The position numbers and the translations under genes were made by a program. This document shows positions 1-8,983 of a stretch of 64,000 nt of DNA, piece by piece; the stretch's first letter is position 1, and the number at the start of each line of letters is the position of its first letter. The DNA lies in NCBI RefSeq assembly GCF_049686335.1, contig NZ_JBAVHX010000006.1:1083-65082 (forward strand), in the 5' to 3' direction. The stretch is from Buttiauxella sp. (GTDB lineage Bacteria > Pseudomonadota > Gammaproteobacteria > Enterobacterales > Enterobacteriaceae). The notes beneath the pieces were generated by a model that was not told the DNA's origin, did not search any database, and saw nothing but the letters and a program-made list of their open reading frames with translations.

Positions 1-142
1 CGGAAGGGCCGCACAGAACAATGCGTTCACCCTGTTGTACCTTCAGATTGATATCTTTAAGCACGTGAAACTGCCCGTACCATTTATTGACATTCTCCAG
101 CATGATCATCGCATCAGCGGGGTGCATAGAAATTTGACTCAT
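1..142 (-). CDS. yhdZ: Amino-acid ABC transporter ATP-binding protein (5' part; runs off window)
   Basis: Manual translation from ATG at 142: MSQISMHPADAMIMLENVNKWYGQFHVLKDINLKVQQGERIVLCGPS (start of Walker A); GAGGA upstream; follows yhdY. Confidence 0.9.
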   Translation of the reverse strand, partial: MSQISMHPADAMIMLENVNKWYGQFHVLKDINLKVQQGERIVLCGPS

Positions 143-152
143 TTATTCATCC

Positions 153-1253
153 TCAGTGCGGTGTTCGTCCGGTGTTAAAACGTTTTTCAAGATGCTGGCT
201 ATAGCGCGACATACTGAAGCAGAAAATCCAATAGATGAGAGCGGCAAAGACATAGCCTTCGGTCGACATGCCAAGCCATGCGGGATCAACCGTGGCTTGC
301 TGTACGCTGCTGAAAAGATCAAACAGACCGATAATGATCACCAGACTGGTGTCTTTAAACAGCGCGATGATGGTATTGACCAGACCTGGGATCACCATTT
401 TCAGCGCCTGAGGTAAGATAACCAGCCCTTGTGTTTTCCAGTAACCGAGCGCCAGAGATTCCGCAGCTTCATATTGCCCTTTAGGCAAAGCCTGTAAGCC
501 CCCGCGGACCACCTCAGCAACATAAGCTGACTGGAACAGGATAACCCCGACGAGTGCGCGGATTAACTTATCGATGCTTGTTCCTTCCGAAAGAAACAGC
601 GGCAACATGACGGATGACATGAACAATACAGTGATGAGAGGTACACCGCGCCAGAACTCGATAAATACCACCGACAAAATTCTGACCACCGGCATGCTCG
701 ATCGACGACCTAATGCCAGTAAGATCCCCAAAGGTAAGGCACCCGCGATCCCCACGGAAGCGATGATCAACGTTAACGTCAACCCGCCCCACTGACGTGT
801 TTCGACACGTTCAAGCCCCAAAAATCCACCGTACAGCAGAGCCCAAACAACCAATGGATAGATGACGGCCCACGCCGCAATATATCGTCCACGTTTTGGC
901 ATGGCATTCCAGAACATGGGAATGATCGACGCCAGGCCAATAATCAATGCAAGATTAATGCGCCAACGCTGGTCATGTGGATACAAGCCATACATAAATT
1001 GCCCGAACCGTGCATGGATAAACACCCAACAAGCACCTTCTTTAGTGCAGTCGGCACGGGTCTCACCAAACCAGTTTGCCTGGAAAATCGTCCAGTTTAA
1101 TAATGGCGGGATAAGCTCCCACATCATCCACAAACAGAAAATAGTCAGTAAGCTATTAGACCAACTGGAAAAGAGATTTTTACGAGCCCACTGTACGGCC
1201 CCTAAACGAACAACCGTTGGGCGCGTGTGATGTGACATCAATGCTTTTGTCAT
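153..1253 (-). CDS. yhdY: Amino-acid ABC transporter permease
   Basis: 366 aa hydrophobic protein with EAA motif (GQYEAAESLAL); operon position. Confidence 0.93.
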   Translation of the reverse strand: MTKALMSHHTRPTVVRLGAVQWARKNLFSSWSNSLLTIFCLWMMWELIPPLLNWTIFQANWFGETRADCTKEGACWVFIHARFGQFMYGLYPHDQRWRINLALIIGLASIIPMFWNAMPKRGRYIAAWAVIYPLVVWALLYGGFLGLERVETRQWGGLTLTLIIASVGIAGALPLGILLALGRRSSMPVVRILSVVFIEFWRGVPLITVLFMSSVMLPLFLSEGTSIDKLIRALVGVILFQSAYVAEVVRGGLQALPKGQYEAAESLALGYWKTQGLVILPQALKMVIPGLVNTIIALFKDTSLVIIIGLFDLFSSVQQATVDPAWLGMSTEGYVFAALIYWIFCFSMSRYSQHLEKRFNTGRTPH

Positions 1254-1262
1254 CGTAATTCC

Positions 1263-2444
1263 TTAGCGCTCGATCAGGGCAATTCGCCGGTTATAGATAT
1301 TCATCAATAGCGAAATAGTCAGGCTGATAATCAGATACACCGACATCGTTATCGCAATAGTTTCAATCGCTTGCCCCGTCTGATTGAGCACTGTCCCTGC
1401 GAACAACGACACCATATCCGGGTAACCAATAGCGGCTGCCAGCGATGAGTTCTTAACGATATTGAGATACTGGCTAGTCAGTGGTGGAATGATTACGCGC
1501 ATGGCCTGTGGAATGATGACCTGACGCAGTGTGACCGGGTTCGGTATCCCTAACGAACGTGCCGCTTCATGTTGGCCGTAAGGCACAGACTGGATACCCG
1601 CACGGATGATTTCAGCAATGAAAGCTGAGGTATAAACCGATAACGCGAGGGTTAATGCCGCCAGTTCAGGGATCAGAACCATCCCGCCACGGAAGTTAAA
1701 ACCACGCAACGCAGGAATATCCCAGTGCAGTGCAGCACCGAAAATCCACTGAGCGAGCATCGGCAATAATATCAGCAGCCCTAACGCATAAGGCCAGGTG
1801 CGACGCAATTGCCCGGTTTTGATCTGATGCATTTTGTTATAACGATACAAACCTGCTGATGCGATAAGTGCCACCGCAATAGCGGCAATAAATGCCAGTG
1901 CACCTTCGCCAATTTGCGGCGACGGGATATAAAGCCCGCGATTACTCAGAAAGAGAAGATCAAAAGCACTGACCGCCTGGCGCGGGCCTGGCAAGTTACG
2001 CAGTACGGCAAAATACCAAAAGAAGATTTGTAATAAGGGTGGGATATTGCGGAAAGTCTCAATATAAAAAGTAGACAGCTTGCGCAGTAGCCAGTTATCA
2101 GAAAGGCGAGCCAGCCCGAGAAAAAAGCCAAGAAATGAAGCAAATACGATACACAACGCTGAAACCAATAAAGTATTCAGCAGGCCAACAATAAACACCC
2201 GTCCATAAGTATCACCCTGTTCATAATCAATAAGATGCTGAACGATACCGAAGCCGGCGCTACGGTCAAGGAATGCAAAACCTGAGGTAATTCCACGATT
2301 GCTAAGGTTAGTGACGGTGTTGTGTATCAGGTAAATAGCGATGCCGACAACCACGACGACAGCAATAATCTGAAACAGCCAGGCACGAACCGCTGGGTTA
2401 GAAAAGGAGATATCACCTTTTACGATTGGGCGGCGATGGGACAT
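1263..2444 (-). CDS. yhdX: Amino-acid ABC transporter permease
   Basis: 393 aa, EAA motif (GQHEAARSLG); operon position. Confidence 0.93.
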   Translation of the reverse strand: MSHRRPIVKGDISFSNPAVRAWLFQIIAVVVVVGIAIYLIHNTVTNLSNRGITSGFAFLDRSAGFGIVQHLIDYEQGDTYGRVFIVGLLNTLLVSALCIVFASFLGFFLGLARLSDNWLLRKLSTFYIETFRNIPPLLQIFFWYFAVLRNLPGPRQAVSAFDLLFLSNRGLYIPSPQIGEGALAFIAAIAVALIASAGLYRYNKMHQIKTGQLRRTWPYALGLLILLPMLAQWIFGAALHWDIPALRGFNFRGGMVLIPELAALTLALSVYTSAFIAEIIRAGIQSVPYGQHEAARSLGIPNPVTLRQVIIPQAMRVIIPPLTSQYLNIVKNSSLAAAIGYPDMVSLFAGTVLNQTGQAIETIAITMSVYLIISLTISLLMNIYNRRIALIER

Positions 2445-2475
2445 AAGCGAACCTCAGTGACATAAACACAAACTT

Positions 2476-2499
2476 TGGGCACTACTGTGGTAGTGCCCA
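2476..2499 (-). other. Intercistronic hairpin after the binding-protein gene
   Basis: TGGGCACTAC-tgtg-GTAGTGCCCA perfect 10-bp stem, no long U tract. Confidence 0.55.
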
Positions 2500-2514
2500 T
2501 TTCTGACGTCTCGC

Positions 2515-3540
2515 TTAGCGAACCGGTGGTGCGTACTGAATACCACCTTTATTCCACAGGTTGTTTTGTCCGCGCTTAATTTTCAGCGGGCTTTCAGAAC
2601 CGACGTTATGTTCGAAAATCTCAGCGTAGTTACCGACTTGTTTGACGATGTTGTACGCCCATTTGTTGTCGAGTTTTAGATCCTTACCAAAATCACCTTC
2701 TTTACCTAACAGGTGCGCCATATCTGGCGTTGTTGGGTTAGCGGCCATCTGGTCAACATTTTTGGAATCCACACCCATCTCTTCGGCGTTAAGCATAGCG
2801 AACAGAGTCCAGCGCACGATGGAGAACCAGTCTTCATCGCCACGACGGACGACGGGTCCTAAAGGTTCTTTTGAAATAACTTCAGGAAGGACAATCCACT
2901 CGCCAGGTGTGCTTAATTTGATACGCAGCGCGTAGAGTTGAGACTGATCAGAAGCCAGGGTATCGCAGCGGCCTGATTCCAGCGCTTTAGCTGACTCATC
3001 AGAACGGTCGAAAGTCACAGGGGTGTACTTCATGTTATTTGCTTTGAAGTAGTCAGCAACGTTGAGTTCTGTATCCGTCCCTGCCTGAATACAAACAGTT
3101 GCGCCATCCAGTTCCTTCGCACTTTTCAAATCTGCTTTGTTGTGGGTCAGGAAGCCGATACCGTCGTAATAAGTGACCCCCGTAAACGACATGCCCATGC
3201 CTGCATCACGGGAGGAAGTCCAGGTGGTATTGCGGGATAAAATGTCTACTTCACCGGATTGCAGAGCGGTGAAACGCTCTTTCGCCGTCAGTGGGGTGTA
3301 TTTCACTTTCGAGGCATCGCCAAATACCGCAGCGGCAACGCCACGGCAAACATCCACATCAATACCGGTAAATTTACCGTTTGCATCGGCATAAGAAAAA
3401 CCTGGCAAGCCGTCGCTTATTCCGCATTGCACAAAGCCTTTCTTTTTTACCGCTTCAAACGTGGTACCAGCATGAGCCTGACTGACAACCGCGAATAATG
3501 CACCGGCTGCGACCAGAGTGGAGATCAATGTCTTTTTCAT
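2515..3540 (-). CDS. yhdW: Amino-acid ABC transporter periplasmic binding protein (AapJ/BztA-like), intact
   Basis: Signal peptide, FTALQSGEVDILSRNTTWT motif, 341 aa. Confidence 0.93.
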   Translation of the reverse strand: MKKTLISTLVAAGALFAVVSQAHAGTTFEAVKKKGFVQCGISDGLPGFSYADANGKFTGIDVDVCRGVAAAVFGDASKVKYTPLTAKERFTALQSGEVDILSRNTTWTSSRDAGMGMSFTGVTYYDGIGFLTHNKADLKSAKELDGATVCIQAGTDTELNVADYFKANNMKYTPVTFDRSDESAKALESGRCDTLASDQSQLYALRIKLSTPGEWIVLPEVISKEPLGPVVRRGDEDWFSIVRWTLFAMLNAEEMGVDSKNVDQMAANPTTPDMAHLLGKEGDFGKDLKLDNKWAYNIVKQVGNYAEIFEHNVGSESPLKIKRGQNNLWNKGGIQYAPPVR

Positions 3541-3631
3541 AATGCATCCTGTGTGGCGAAATTATCGTTATAAGTATTGGCGTCCGGATGGCGCCGTTTT
3601 TCCTGTCTGTGGCATCTGCCAGTCTGGATAT

Positions 3632-3648
3632 AGCAAAGGGAGTGCCAA
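3632..3648 (-). promoter_or_regulatory. Sigma-54 (-24/-12) promoter of yhdWXYZ
   Basis: Minus strand reads TTGGCACTCCCTTTGCT = TGGCAC-N5-TTGC; yhdWXYZ is an NtrC/sigma-54 target in E. coli. Confidence 0.85.
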
Positions 3649-3720
3649 GATTGCGATCGAGGGTATGCGTGTACCGCTCGACGCAGTAAGCAGAGTGTAG
3701 ACAGTAAAAATTACTCTCAG

Positions 3721-3767
3721 CGCCCTGTAACGGTGCAAAACTGAAACCTACGCCACATTTCAGCGCA
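3721..3767. promoter_or_regulatory. Possible tandem NtrC enhancer sites
   Basis: Imperfect 17-mers CGCCCTGTAACGGTGCA (3721-3737) and CGCCACATTTCAGCGCA (3751-3767), 30 bp apart, upstream of the sigma-54 promoter. Confidence 0.35.
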
Positions 3768-4010
3768 AAAAAGTTTCAGATTCTGATCATATGAAAAGAA
3801 GTAATTTCAGGAGTTAACATTAGCGTGAGTACTATTAATGCTGGACTGTGAGAACAATCACGACTTCTGCTGCAATAAAACAAAACTGAAGAGAACTGAG
3901 TGATTTGTTTCACGCTCAAAATAGTTTGCGGGAGAAGAACTCAAATTCAAAAGGCGGGGGATTGCGACGATTTGCACTTTAATAATGCAAAGGCTGTGTT
4001 CGAGATTTCC

Positions 4011-4045
4011 AAAAAAAAGCGCGCCCTTATTCAGGCGCGCTTTTT
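4011..4045 (-). terminator. Intrinsic terminator of yhdV
   Basis: AAAAGCGCGCC-cttattca-GGCGCGCTTTT flanked by A/T tracts, just after the yhdV stop. Confidence 0.8.
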
Positions 4046-4062
4046 CAAATGACTGCCTTAAC

Positions 4063-4284
4063 TTACTTTGTTAAAGCAACGATACCCAGAGTTAAACCAG
4101 CAATCGCTGCTGCACCACCGGCGATAGCACCTGCCGTTTCCCAGTTATCCTGCGTTGTCCCTTTCATGCAGGTGTTGGTGTGCACCAAACGTCCCTGGTC
4201 GTCATAGACCGGCACACAAGGTGAGTTGGTTGCACAACCCGCGAGAAGCGTAGAAAGCAACGCTGCGGCAATTAGCTTTTTCAT
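4063..4284 (-). CDS. yhdV: Small outer-membrane lipoprotein
   Basis: MKKLIAAALLSTLLAGC lipobox; start moved to ATG 4284 (GAGG upstream), 73 aa. Confidence 0.9.
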   Translation of the reverse strand: MKKLIAAALLSTLLAGCATNSPCVPVYDDQGRLVHTNTCMKGTTQDNWETAGAIAGGAAAIAGLTLGIVALTK

Positions 4285-4765
4285 TTGGAACCTCATTAAC
4301 CCAAACCCCGTCCAGGGATAACTTGTGCGCTAAGGCTACAGAGTTATCTAAAAACCCGGTCCGGAGTGAATGTGGTGATTTTATCACCGTCATAAGCCTG
4401 GCGAGGAGCAGGGAATAATTGCAATTCATGTGCTGTGTAAACAAAGTGGAGAAAAGCGTCGAGGGCAAAAGTTAATCAAAAGATTCAGAATTACTGAAGT
4501 TTCCCGCAGTAAAGAAGCAAACCATTGTTTCCTGAGGTTAAATAATAATCATAGTTATCATTTTCCAACCAGGCGATGAGAGGGTAAGGAGTTGTCGTAA
4601 TGTACTAACTATACAGAGGTATTTGTGAAAGCAAGGGCGCTGGGCTCCTCAAAAATGTCTCATGACTTGTTGCGGCCAAAATGCCTACAAATGAATAAAA
4701 CAATTTCCCTTAAGTTTTTTAACAAAAACCTTTCAAAATACCCATAATTGATAGCTTTAAACGAT

Positions 4766-4779
4766 TAGGATAATTCTTA
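4766..4779. promoter_or_regulatory. RcsAB-like box upstream of the capsule operon
   Basis: TAGGATAATTCTTA; reverse complement TAAGAATTATCCTA vs consensus TaAGaatatTCctA. Confidence 0.6.
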
Positions 4780-5017
4780 TGTATACGGTATTTTTCCGAT
4801 AATTTGAAAAAATATATGTAGATTTTAAATTATTAAAGGGATGTCTAATTTAAGGATGATTTACATAAGTGACAATCTATAAGTTTATTATTTTCAATCT
4901 ACCAAATTAGGTAGGTGATATTTAATTTCTTTTATTGCCCGCAAATTATTCCTGCCAGTTAGTACTTAACCTCTCTTTAAACTAAATCCCTCTGTAACAA
5001 GAGTCGACTCAGCTTGT

Positions 5018-5054
5018 TAGCGCATTGGTTGCTGTAAACCAGGGGCGGTAGCAT
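5018..5054 (+). promoter_or_regulatory. JUMPstart with ops element (RfaH loading site)
   Basis: TAGCGCATTGGTTGCTGTAAACCAGGGGCGGTAGCAT; ops GGCGGTAG at 5044-5051, ahead of a long polysaccharide operon. Confidence 0.92.
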
Positions 5055-5278
5055 GTAAAAATGCATCGCACGTTGCCTCATCAAGACTAACGGTAAGAAC
5101 GCATTCTCGGTATCGCATTTTTATTCGTTTGCACACTTGACCTCTATAGATATGCGGTTTTTCGTGCCATTGCCTGCAGCCATAAAGAAACAATTAATAT
5201 CTTAGCCAAATAACGTTAGTGATAAGCACAATATAGATTTCACGCCTAAAGTTTCGACCCCATGGAAAATAATAACAG

Positions 5279-5650
5279 ATGAATTACTTAACCCGGATCG
5301 TGGCTATGTCGCTAGCTTTACAGCTTAGCGGCTGCGCCCATGAGCCAAAGAAGGTCGAAGCATCCCGACCTCTCGTGAATCCAACGGCGTCCACAGATCT
5401 GCAGGCCATGCCTGCCAATCTGCAATCAGCATTGAATACCCTCCCTCAAGGAGCCGCTCTCAGTACAGGCAGCAACAGCTTTATTCTGGGCCAGCGCTAT
5501 GTTTCAGCACTAGGGAATGAATGTGTTGAGCTATTGCTCAACAATTATCAGGGTCATTCGCAAAGAAGCGCTGCATGTAAGAACGCAGAACAATGGTATC
5601 TGATACCTCAATTGGAACAGGCATCTGTCAGCAACCTCATTGCTGAATAA
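5279..5650 (+). CDS. Lipoprotein of unknown function, first gene of the capsule operon
   Basis: Lipobox LSGC (Cys19), 123 aa, two further Cys; first ORF after ops. Confidence 0.8.
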   Translation: MNYLTRIVAMSLALQLSGCAHEPKKVEASRPLVNPTASTDLQAMPANLQSALNTLPQGAALSTGSNSFILGQRYVSALGNECVELLLNNYQGHSQRSAACKNAEQWYLIPQLEQASVSNLIAE

Positions 5651-5670
5651 TAGAATTGAAGGTATACGTT

Positions 5671-7449
5671 TTGAAGATAACGAAAATTCGTCAACTGAGT
5701 ACTATTTTGCTACTCATCGGTGCTTCCTGTTCATTGATGGCTGCGCCCACACCGGACCAGGCACAAGCTGGCGGTCAAACATTTGGCTATAACCTTCCAG
5801 GCAATGCAGCGGACAATAATCGCCCTCAACTTGGCGGCCAGTCCACATTAAGTGGTCAGGCCAACACCAGTTCCACCACTGGCAGCTTCTCTCAGCAAAA
5901 TCGGCAAGGCATGTTGCTACCCGGTGAAGCTGATGTGCATAAATTACTGCCACAATCAGAGGCGGGGCTGCCCCCACCTTACGGCGCAAACCTATTTGCC
6001 GGAGGATATGAAACAGAACGCAGCGATGGTTTGAATGACAATTACTTGATAGCGCCTGGTGATAAGCTGAATATCTGGATCTGGGGCGCCGTTAATTTCT
6101 CGAACGTTGTGACCGTCGACAATCAAGGCAACATTTTTATTCCTGATGTCGGTCCTATCAATGTGAAAAATGTCCCAGCCAGTCAAATTAATAATCTGGT
6201 GACCAGTAGAATTGGTGAGGTATTTACCAACAACGTCAATATTTACGTCAATCTGCTAACGACCACCCCGGTCAGCGTGTTTGTAACAGGCCCTGTAATC
6301 CGTCCTGGTCAGTACGCAGGACAATCCTCTGATAGCGTACTTTATTTCCTCAAACGGGCGGGTGGCATTGACTCAGAACGGGGTAGTTACCGTCAGATTA
6401 AAGTCTTACGCCAAAACCAGGTTATCCAGCAGATCGACCTGTACGAGTTTATGCAGCAAGGCAGAATGCCGAAACTCTCACTGAAAGATCAGGATGTGAT
6501 TCTGGTCGAGCCACAGGGGCCGATGATCAATGTGGCGGGCAAGGTAAGAAATCCGTTCCGTTTTGAGTTAAAGCAACAAAATACTCCGGGCTCTGAGTTG
6601 GCTCGCTACGCACTCCCTCTTGCAAAGGTGAGCCACGTAGGAGTCATCGGTGATCGTTCCAACGGCCCATTCTCGATTTATCTCCCTTACAAAGATTTTG
6701 CCAATGTCCAACTCAAGGACGGAGACAAAGTCCTGTTTAACGATGATATGCATGCGCAGGTTTACGATGTGCAGGTCACTGGCAGTTATATGGGGCCATC
6801 TTATTTCACCGTTCGTAAACAGACAAAGTTGCACGATCTACTTAATCACATTCCCATCGATCCAAAACTTGCAGATTACCAATCTATTTACGTGATGCGA
6901 AAGAGCGTGGCGGCGAGACAAAAAGAGATGCTGGATGAATCGCTCAACCGGTTAGAGCGCAGTGTATTCACCGCGCCTGCCAGTTCGGACGGTGAAGCCT
7001 CCATCCGTGCTAAAGAAGCCGAACTGGTGATGCAGTTTGTGGATAAAGCCCGCAAAATCCAGCCTCTTGGAAAAGTTGTAGTGGCAGATAAAGGCATTAT
7101 TGCCAACATTCAGCTGGAACAGGGAGACCAGATCGTTATCCCGAACAAGACCGACCTGATCCAGATTGGCGGGGAAGTCCTGATGCCACAAGCGGTGGTT
7201 TACAACGCTAATGCTGATCTTGATGACTATGTTGCCTGGGCGGGTGGTTTCACCGAACGTGCGGATGACAAACGTATCGCAGTAGTGCATGCCAATGGGC
7301 TGGTGGAGTTTAAAGGCCAGGGCAGTGTTCAGCCGGGAGATCAGATTCTGATCTTACCTAAGGTTGACAGTAAGACTATGCAGGCAGTTAAAGACATCAC
7401 GCAAATTATCTATCAGATTGCCGTGGCTGCGAACGTAGCTATTAATTAA
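5671..7449 (+). CDS. kpsD: Capsule export OPX protein (KpsD-like, Poly_export + SLBB repeats)
   Basis: YLIAPGDKLNIWIWG and VDNQGNIFIPDVGPI Poly_export motifs; SLBB-like repeats. Start uncertain (TTG 5656 or 5671; GAAGG precedes 5671). Confidence 0.85.
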   Translation: MKITKIRQLSTILLLIGASCSLMAAPTPDQAQAGGQTFGYNLPGNAADNNRPQLGGQSTLSGQANTSSTTGSFSQQNRQGMLLPGEADVHKLLPQSEAGLPPPYGANLFAGGYETERSDGLNDNYLIAPGDKLNIWIWGAVNFSNVVTVDNQGNIFIPDVGPINVKNVPASQINNLVTSRIGEVFTNNVNIYVNLLTTTPVSVFVTGPVIRPGQYAGQSSDSVLYFLKRAGGIDSERGSYRQIKVLRQNQVIQQIDLYEFMQQGRMPKLSLKDQDVILVEPQGPMINVAGKVRNPFRFELKQQNTPGSELARYALPLAKVSHVGVIGDRSNGPFSIYLPYKDFANVQLKDGDKVLFNDDMHAQVYDVQVTGSYMGPSYFTVRKQTKLHDLLNHIPIDPKLADYQSIYVMRKSVAARQKEMLDESLNRLERSVFTAPASSDGEASIRAKEAELVMQFVDKARKIQPLGKVVVADKGIIANIQLEQGDQIVIPNKTDLIQIGGEVLMPQAVVYNANADLDDYVAWAGGFTERADDKRIAVVHANGLVEFKGQGSVQPGDQILILPKVDSKTMQAVKDITQIIYQIAVAANVAIN

Positions 7450-7457
7450 TCCCCACA

Positions 7458-7485
7458 GACAGACTCGCCCAATGGTGAGTCTGTC
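7458..7485 (+). other. Intercistronic hairpin between kpsD and kpsM
   Basis: GACAGACTCGCC-caat-GGTGAGTCTGTC (one G-U pair), no strong U tract. Confidence 0.55.
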
Positions 7486-7503
7486 GTTCGGTAATATGAC
7501 TCA

Positions 7504-8307
7504 ATGCATAAACCCATACTCAATCAAACACCACGCAGTTCCTTTCAGGTGCTGCGTGATGTCACGTTTGGCTTGCTGATCCGCGAGCTGAAAACCCGCT
7601 TTGGTAGTTATCGGCTGGGCTATGCCTGGGCTTTGCTTGATCCTTTGTTGATGATTAGCGTGTTTAGCCTGATTTTCGGCATGCGTGGCGGCCATAGTGG
7701 ATTTGGTGGAGCTCCAGCCCCACTGTTTATTGCAGCCAGTTATTTACCTTTTCTCATCTTTCGAGATGTTGTGAACAAACTGCAATCAGCGGTCAGTTCT
7801 AATATGGGCTTATTCTGCTATCGGCAGGTTACGCCTTTCGCCACATTTATTGCCCGCTTTATCCTCGAAACCATGATTGGCATGGTAGTGGGTGGGATTC
7901 TGGTGATGGGGCTACTTTGGTTTGGTTTTGATGCCATCCCTGCGGATCCCTTGCAGGTGCTCCTCGGTTACTTATTGTTAATGGTCTTCTCATTTTCTCT
8001 CGGCATTATTTTTTGTGTGCTTGGTCATTTATTCCAGGAGGCAAAGAAGTTTCTCAGCTTGCTGATGATGCCGTTGATGTTTATTTCTTGCGTAATGTAC
8101 CCACTGGCAACCATACCCTCTCAATATCAACATTGGTTTTTGTGGAATCCACTGGTACATGCAATTGAACTGATCAGATGTGGCTGGATTGCAGGCTATA
8201 TCAGCCCTAGTGCCAGTTGGGCATATTTTTCGATTGTAACGTTGTTACTCCTGACCTTTGCCATGAGCTGCTATCGGCTGAGCCATCGTCGGCTGATTGC
8301 CAGTTAA
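7504..8307 (+). CDS. kpsM: Capsule ABC transporter permease
   Basis: RELKTRFG..RLGYAW and WNPLVHAIELIR ABC-2 motifs. Confidence 0.92.
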   Translation: MHKPILNQTPRSSFQVLRDVTFGLLIRELKTRFGSYRLGYAWALLDPLLMISVFSLIFGMRGGHSGFGGAPAPLFIAASYLPFLIFRDVVNKLQSAVSSNMGLFCYRQVTPFATFIARFILETMIGMVVGGILVMGLLWFGFDAIPADPLQVLLGYLLLMVFSFSLGIIFCVLGHLFQEAKKFLSLLMMPLMFISCVMYPLATIPSQYQHWFLWNPLVHAIELIRCGWIAGYISPSASWAYFSIVTLLLLTFAMSCYRLSHRRLIAS

Positions 8308-8318
8308 AGTGAAATAAC

Positions 8319-8969
8319 ATGATCATTCTGGACAATGTATCCAAGTATTATCCCACTAAATTTGGCCGCAATTATGTACTACGTGATGTAAGTATTGAGC
8401 TGCCACGGGATCGCAATATTGGAATTTTGGGCGTGAACGGTGCAGGTAAATCCACCTTATTACGCTTGCTGGGTGGAATGGATATGCCCAATCAGGGAAA
8501 GGTTACTCGACAATGTCGCGTCTCATGGCCACTTGCTCTTGGTGGTGGGTTTCAAGGCAGTATGACCGGAAGGGAAAACACCCGCTTCGTTTGCCAGATT
8601 CACGGTGTACGTGATACTCAGGCTGTTGAAGAGTGGGTCAAAGAGTTTTCAGAAATAGGCCAACATTTCGAATTGCCTGTCAAAACCTACTCCAGTGGCA
8701 TGAAATCAAAATATTCTTTTGCCGTCAGTATGGCCTTTGATTTTGATGTGTATCTAACCGATGAAATAACGTCGGTGGGGGATGCCCGCTTCAAACAGAA
8801 ATGTATTGACGTTTTTAATCAAAAACGTGAGACCGCGAGCTTAATAATGGTATCGCATGACATGAAGAATCTACGTCAACAATGCGATATGGGTATTTTG
8901 CTGCGTAACAGCACACTGGAAATATTCGACAATATCGACGACGCCATCCGCATCTATCAGAATCTATAA
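8319..8969 (+). CDS. kpsT: Capsule ABC transporter ATPase (no C-terminal carbohydrate-binding domain)
   Basis: Walker A GVNGAGKS, signature YSSGM, Walker B YLTDE; only 216 aa. Confidence 0.95.
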   Translation: MIILDNVSKYYPTKFGRNYVLRDVSIELPRDRNIGILGVNGAGKSTLLRLLGGMDMPNQGKVTRQCRVSWPLALGGGFQGSMTGRENTRFVCQIHGVRDTQAVEEWVKEFSEIGQHFELPVKTYSSGMKSKYSFAVSMAFDFDVYLTDEITSVGDARFKQKCIDVFNQKRETASLIMVSHDMKNLRQQCDMGILLRNSTLEIFDNIDDAIRIYQNL

Positions 8970-8983
8970 CAAGCACAAAAATC

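Noticed and set aside
3973..3990. Distal NtrC site TGCACT-N6-AATGCA
   Set aside because: 18 bp rather than 17 bp and far from the sigma-54 promoter.
4400..4700. Left att copy matching the fis terminator
   Set aside because: No matching direct repeat found by eye, so the capsule locus cannot be called a site-specifically integrated island.
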